Under the pieces are notes generated by a model that saw nothing but the letters and a program-made list of their open reading frames with translations, had not been told where the DNA came from and made no database searches. DNA of 63,692 nt, counting the filler, from Rhabdomonas costata (lineage: Eukaryota), in the NCBI GenBank assembly GCA_019059605.1. It is 28 parts of 28 records of this genome, joined end to end, with 100 filler letters (N's around TTAATTAATTAA, not from the genome) between each part and the next. Parts side by side here need not be neighbours in the genome. Positions count along the whole stretch, not along the records: positions 61,517 to 63,692 come from JAHMHO010005061.1; 27 more parts are not named here. One strand, 5' to 3'. The translations under genes were made by a program, and so were the position numbers. Each line of letters opens with the position of its first letter. The stretch's first letter is position 1. Below are positions 62,743-63,692 of the stretch, piece by piece.

Positions 62743-63692
62743 GTTGGGTTTGAAAGGAACAGGGGCCAGCCCACGCGGTAGAGGCGCGGGATTCTTTTTT
62801 TTTTTGCAGAACGCGTCCTGAAGTACTGTATAGTGCTGTCGTTTGCAATATGAGGTGATGCTTGGTGCAGACAGAGCGGATTGTATCTTCTGAATGATTT
62901 TTTTCAGTTGAGTGGTAATTCAGAATATAAAATGGTTCCTTCAGTTCCTTATGTTCGTCGGTCCATGACTTTTCTCGCACCCTGGCGGGCAATGGGGCAT
63001 AGGAAAGATAAACATCTGTGGGGACGGAGATTGTTGAAGGAGATTTTCGCTTTTCCACCATGTGAAAGTTTTGGTTTTTAGGGCTGCCCCCCAGTTCGGC
63101 CCCGTTTCTATGTTCTCCGGATAATCCGATACTGTATCCCCCCTTGCGACTTTTTACTGGTAAGTGCCGCAAGACTCATTTTTCCGAAACGGGAGAAATG
63201 CCATCAAGAACCTATGGGTACAAAACCTTCCTGCTGCCGTTTTCCATTATCGCTGTCTGTTTTCTGTGGATAACGTGAGTTCCTCTTTTTTTTATGCTAG
63301 CATGTCCTTTCCCTTTTCTTTCTCTGGAAAGAAATGGAAAGAAATAGTTTTAGAAAGGTCTTCAAGGTCTTGCTGCCTCTTAAAAGCATTTGCTTTCTTC
63401 TTCTTCTTCTTTTGAGCTTTCTTGTGAATGGCGCCGAATTCTTCGTCACCTCCCCCCGCCCCCGAAGTGAATGCGCCCCTCCCGGTGCCAAAGAAATTGC
63501 CTTTATATCCTTCGGCTTGTACCGGTGACCTCACTCGCGACTTTTTGGCGTCGAGCGTGAGTGTGGTCTGCTGCACCATGCTCATACATCCTGTGAATCT
63601 GATAGCCAGCAACATGACCTCCAACTGGTCCTTCGTTTATCCGTCCTCCCTTCTCCGCGAGTACACCAAAACAACCACCCACACCCAACACA

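Noticed and set aside
1..63692. Operon-like or multi-gene system spanning neighbouring contigs (for example CRE element, kinase, RT relic, ART and cold-shock genes)
   Set aside because: Adjacency across linkers is arbitrary, so no functional linkage can be inferred.

Overview
This window is not one locus. It is 28 unrelated contigs of about 2.18 kb, roughly length-sorted, joined by 27 artificial 100-nt linkers (N44-TTAATTAATTAA-N44). The DNA is from an intron-rich eukaryote, most likely a euglenid: it has GT-AG introns with very degenerate donors and a 26-nt euglenid-type spliced-leader (SL)-like motif at 51377-51402. Most contigs carry 1-5 exons of a recognisable gene: RIC1, an ABCA transporter, CTF18, a Plus3-domain protein, TMEM94, a class III adenylate cyclase, ArfGAP, SLC25 and SLC35 carriers, WD40 proteins, C2orf69, an APH-like kinase, an ABCD transporter, a mono-ADP-ribosyltransferase, a cold-shock protein and a MOCOS-like sulfurase. 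The most interesting signals are four. (1) A CRE-clade non-LTR retrotransposon has an SL-exon-like sequence directly 5' of it, with no SL intron after the motif. (2) Two consecutive ABCD exons lie in reversed genomic order. (3) A ~450-490 bp dispersed intronic repeat (3 copies) carries a decayed retropepsin signature and a CA-rich tail. (4) There are two decayed copies of a Penelope/TERT-like reverse transcriptase. All family assignments come from remembered motifs, not from database searches. Several oddities could be assembly artefacts, and nothing can be inferred from adjacency across linkers.
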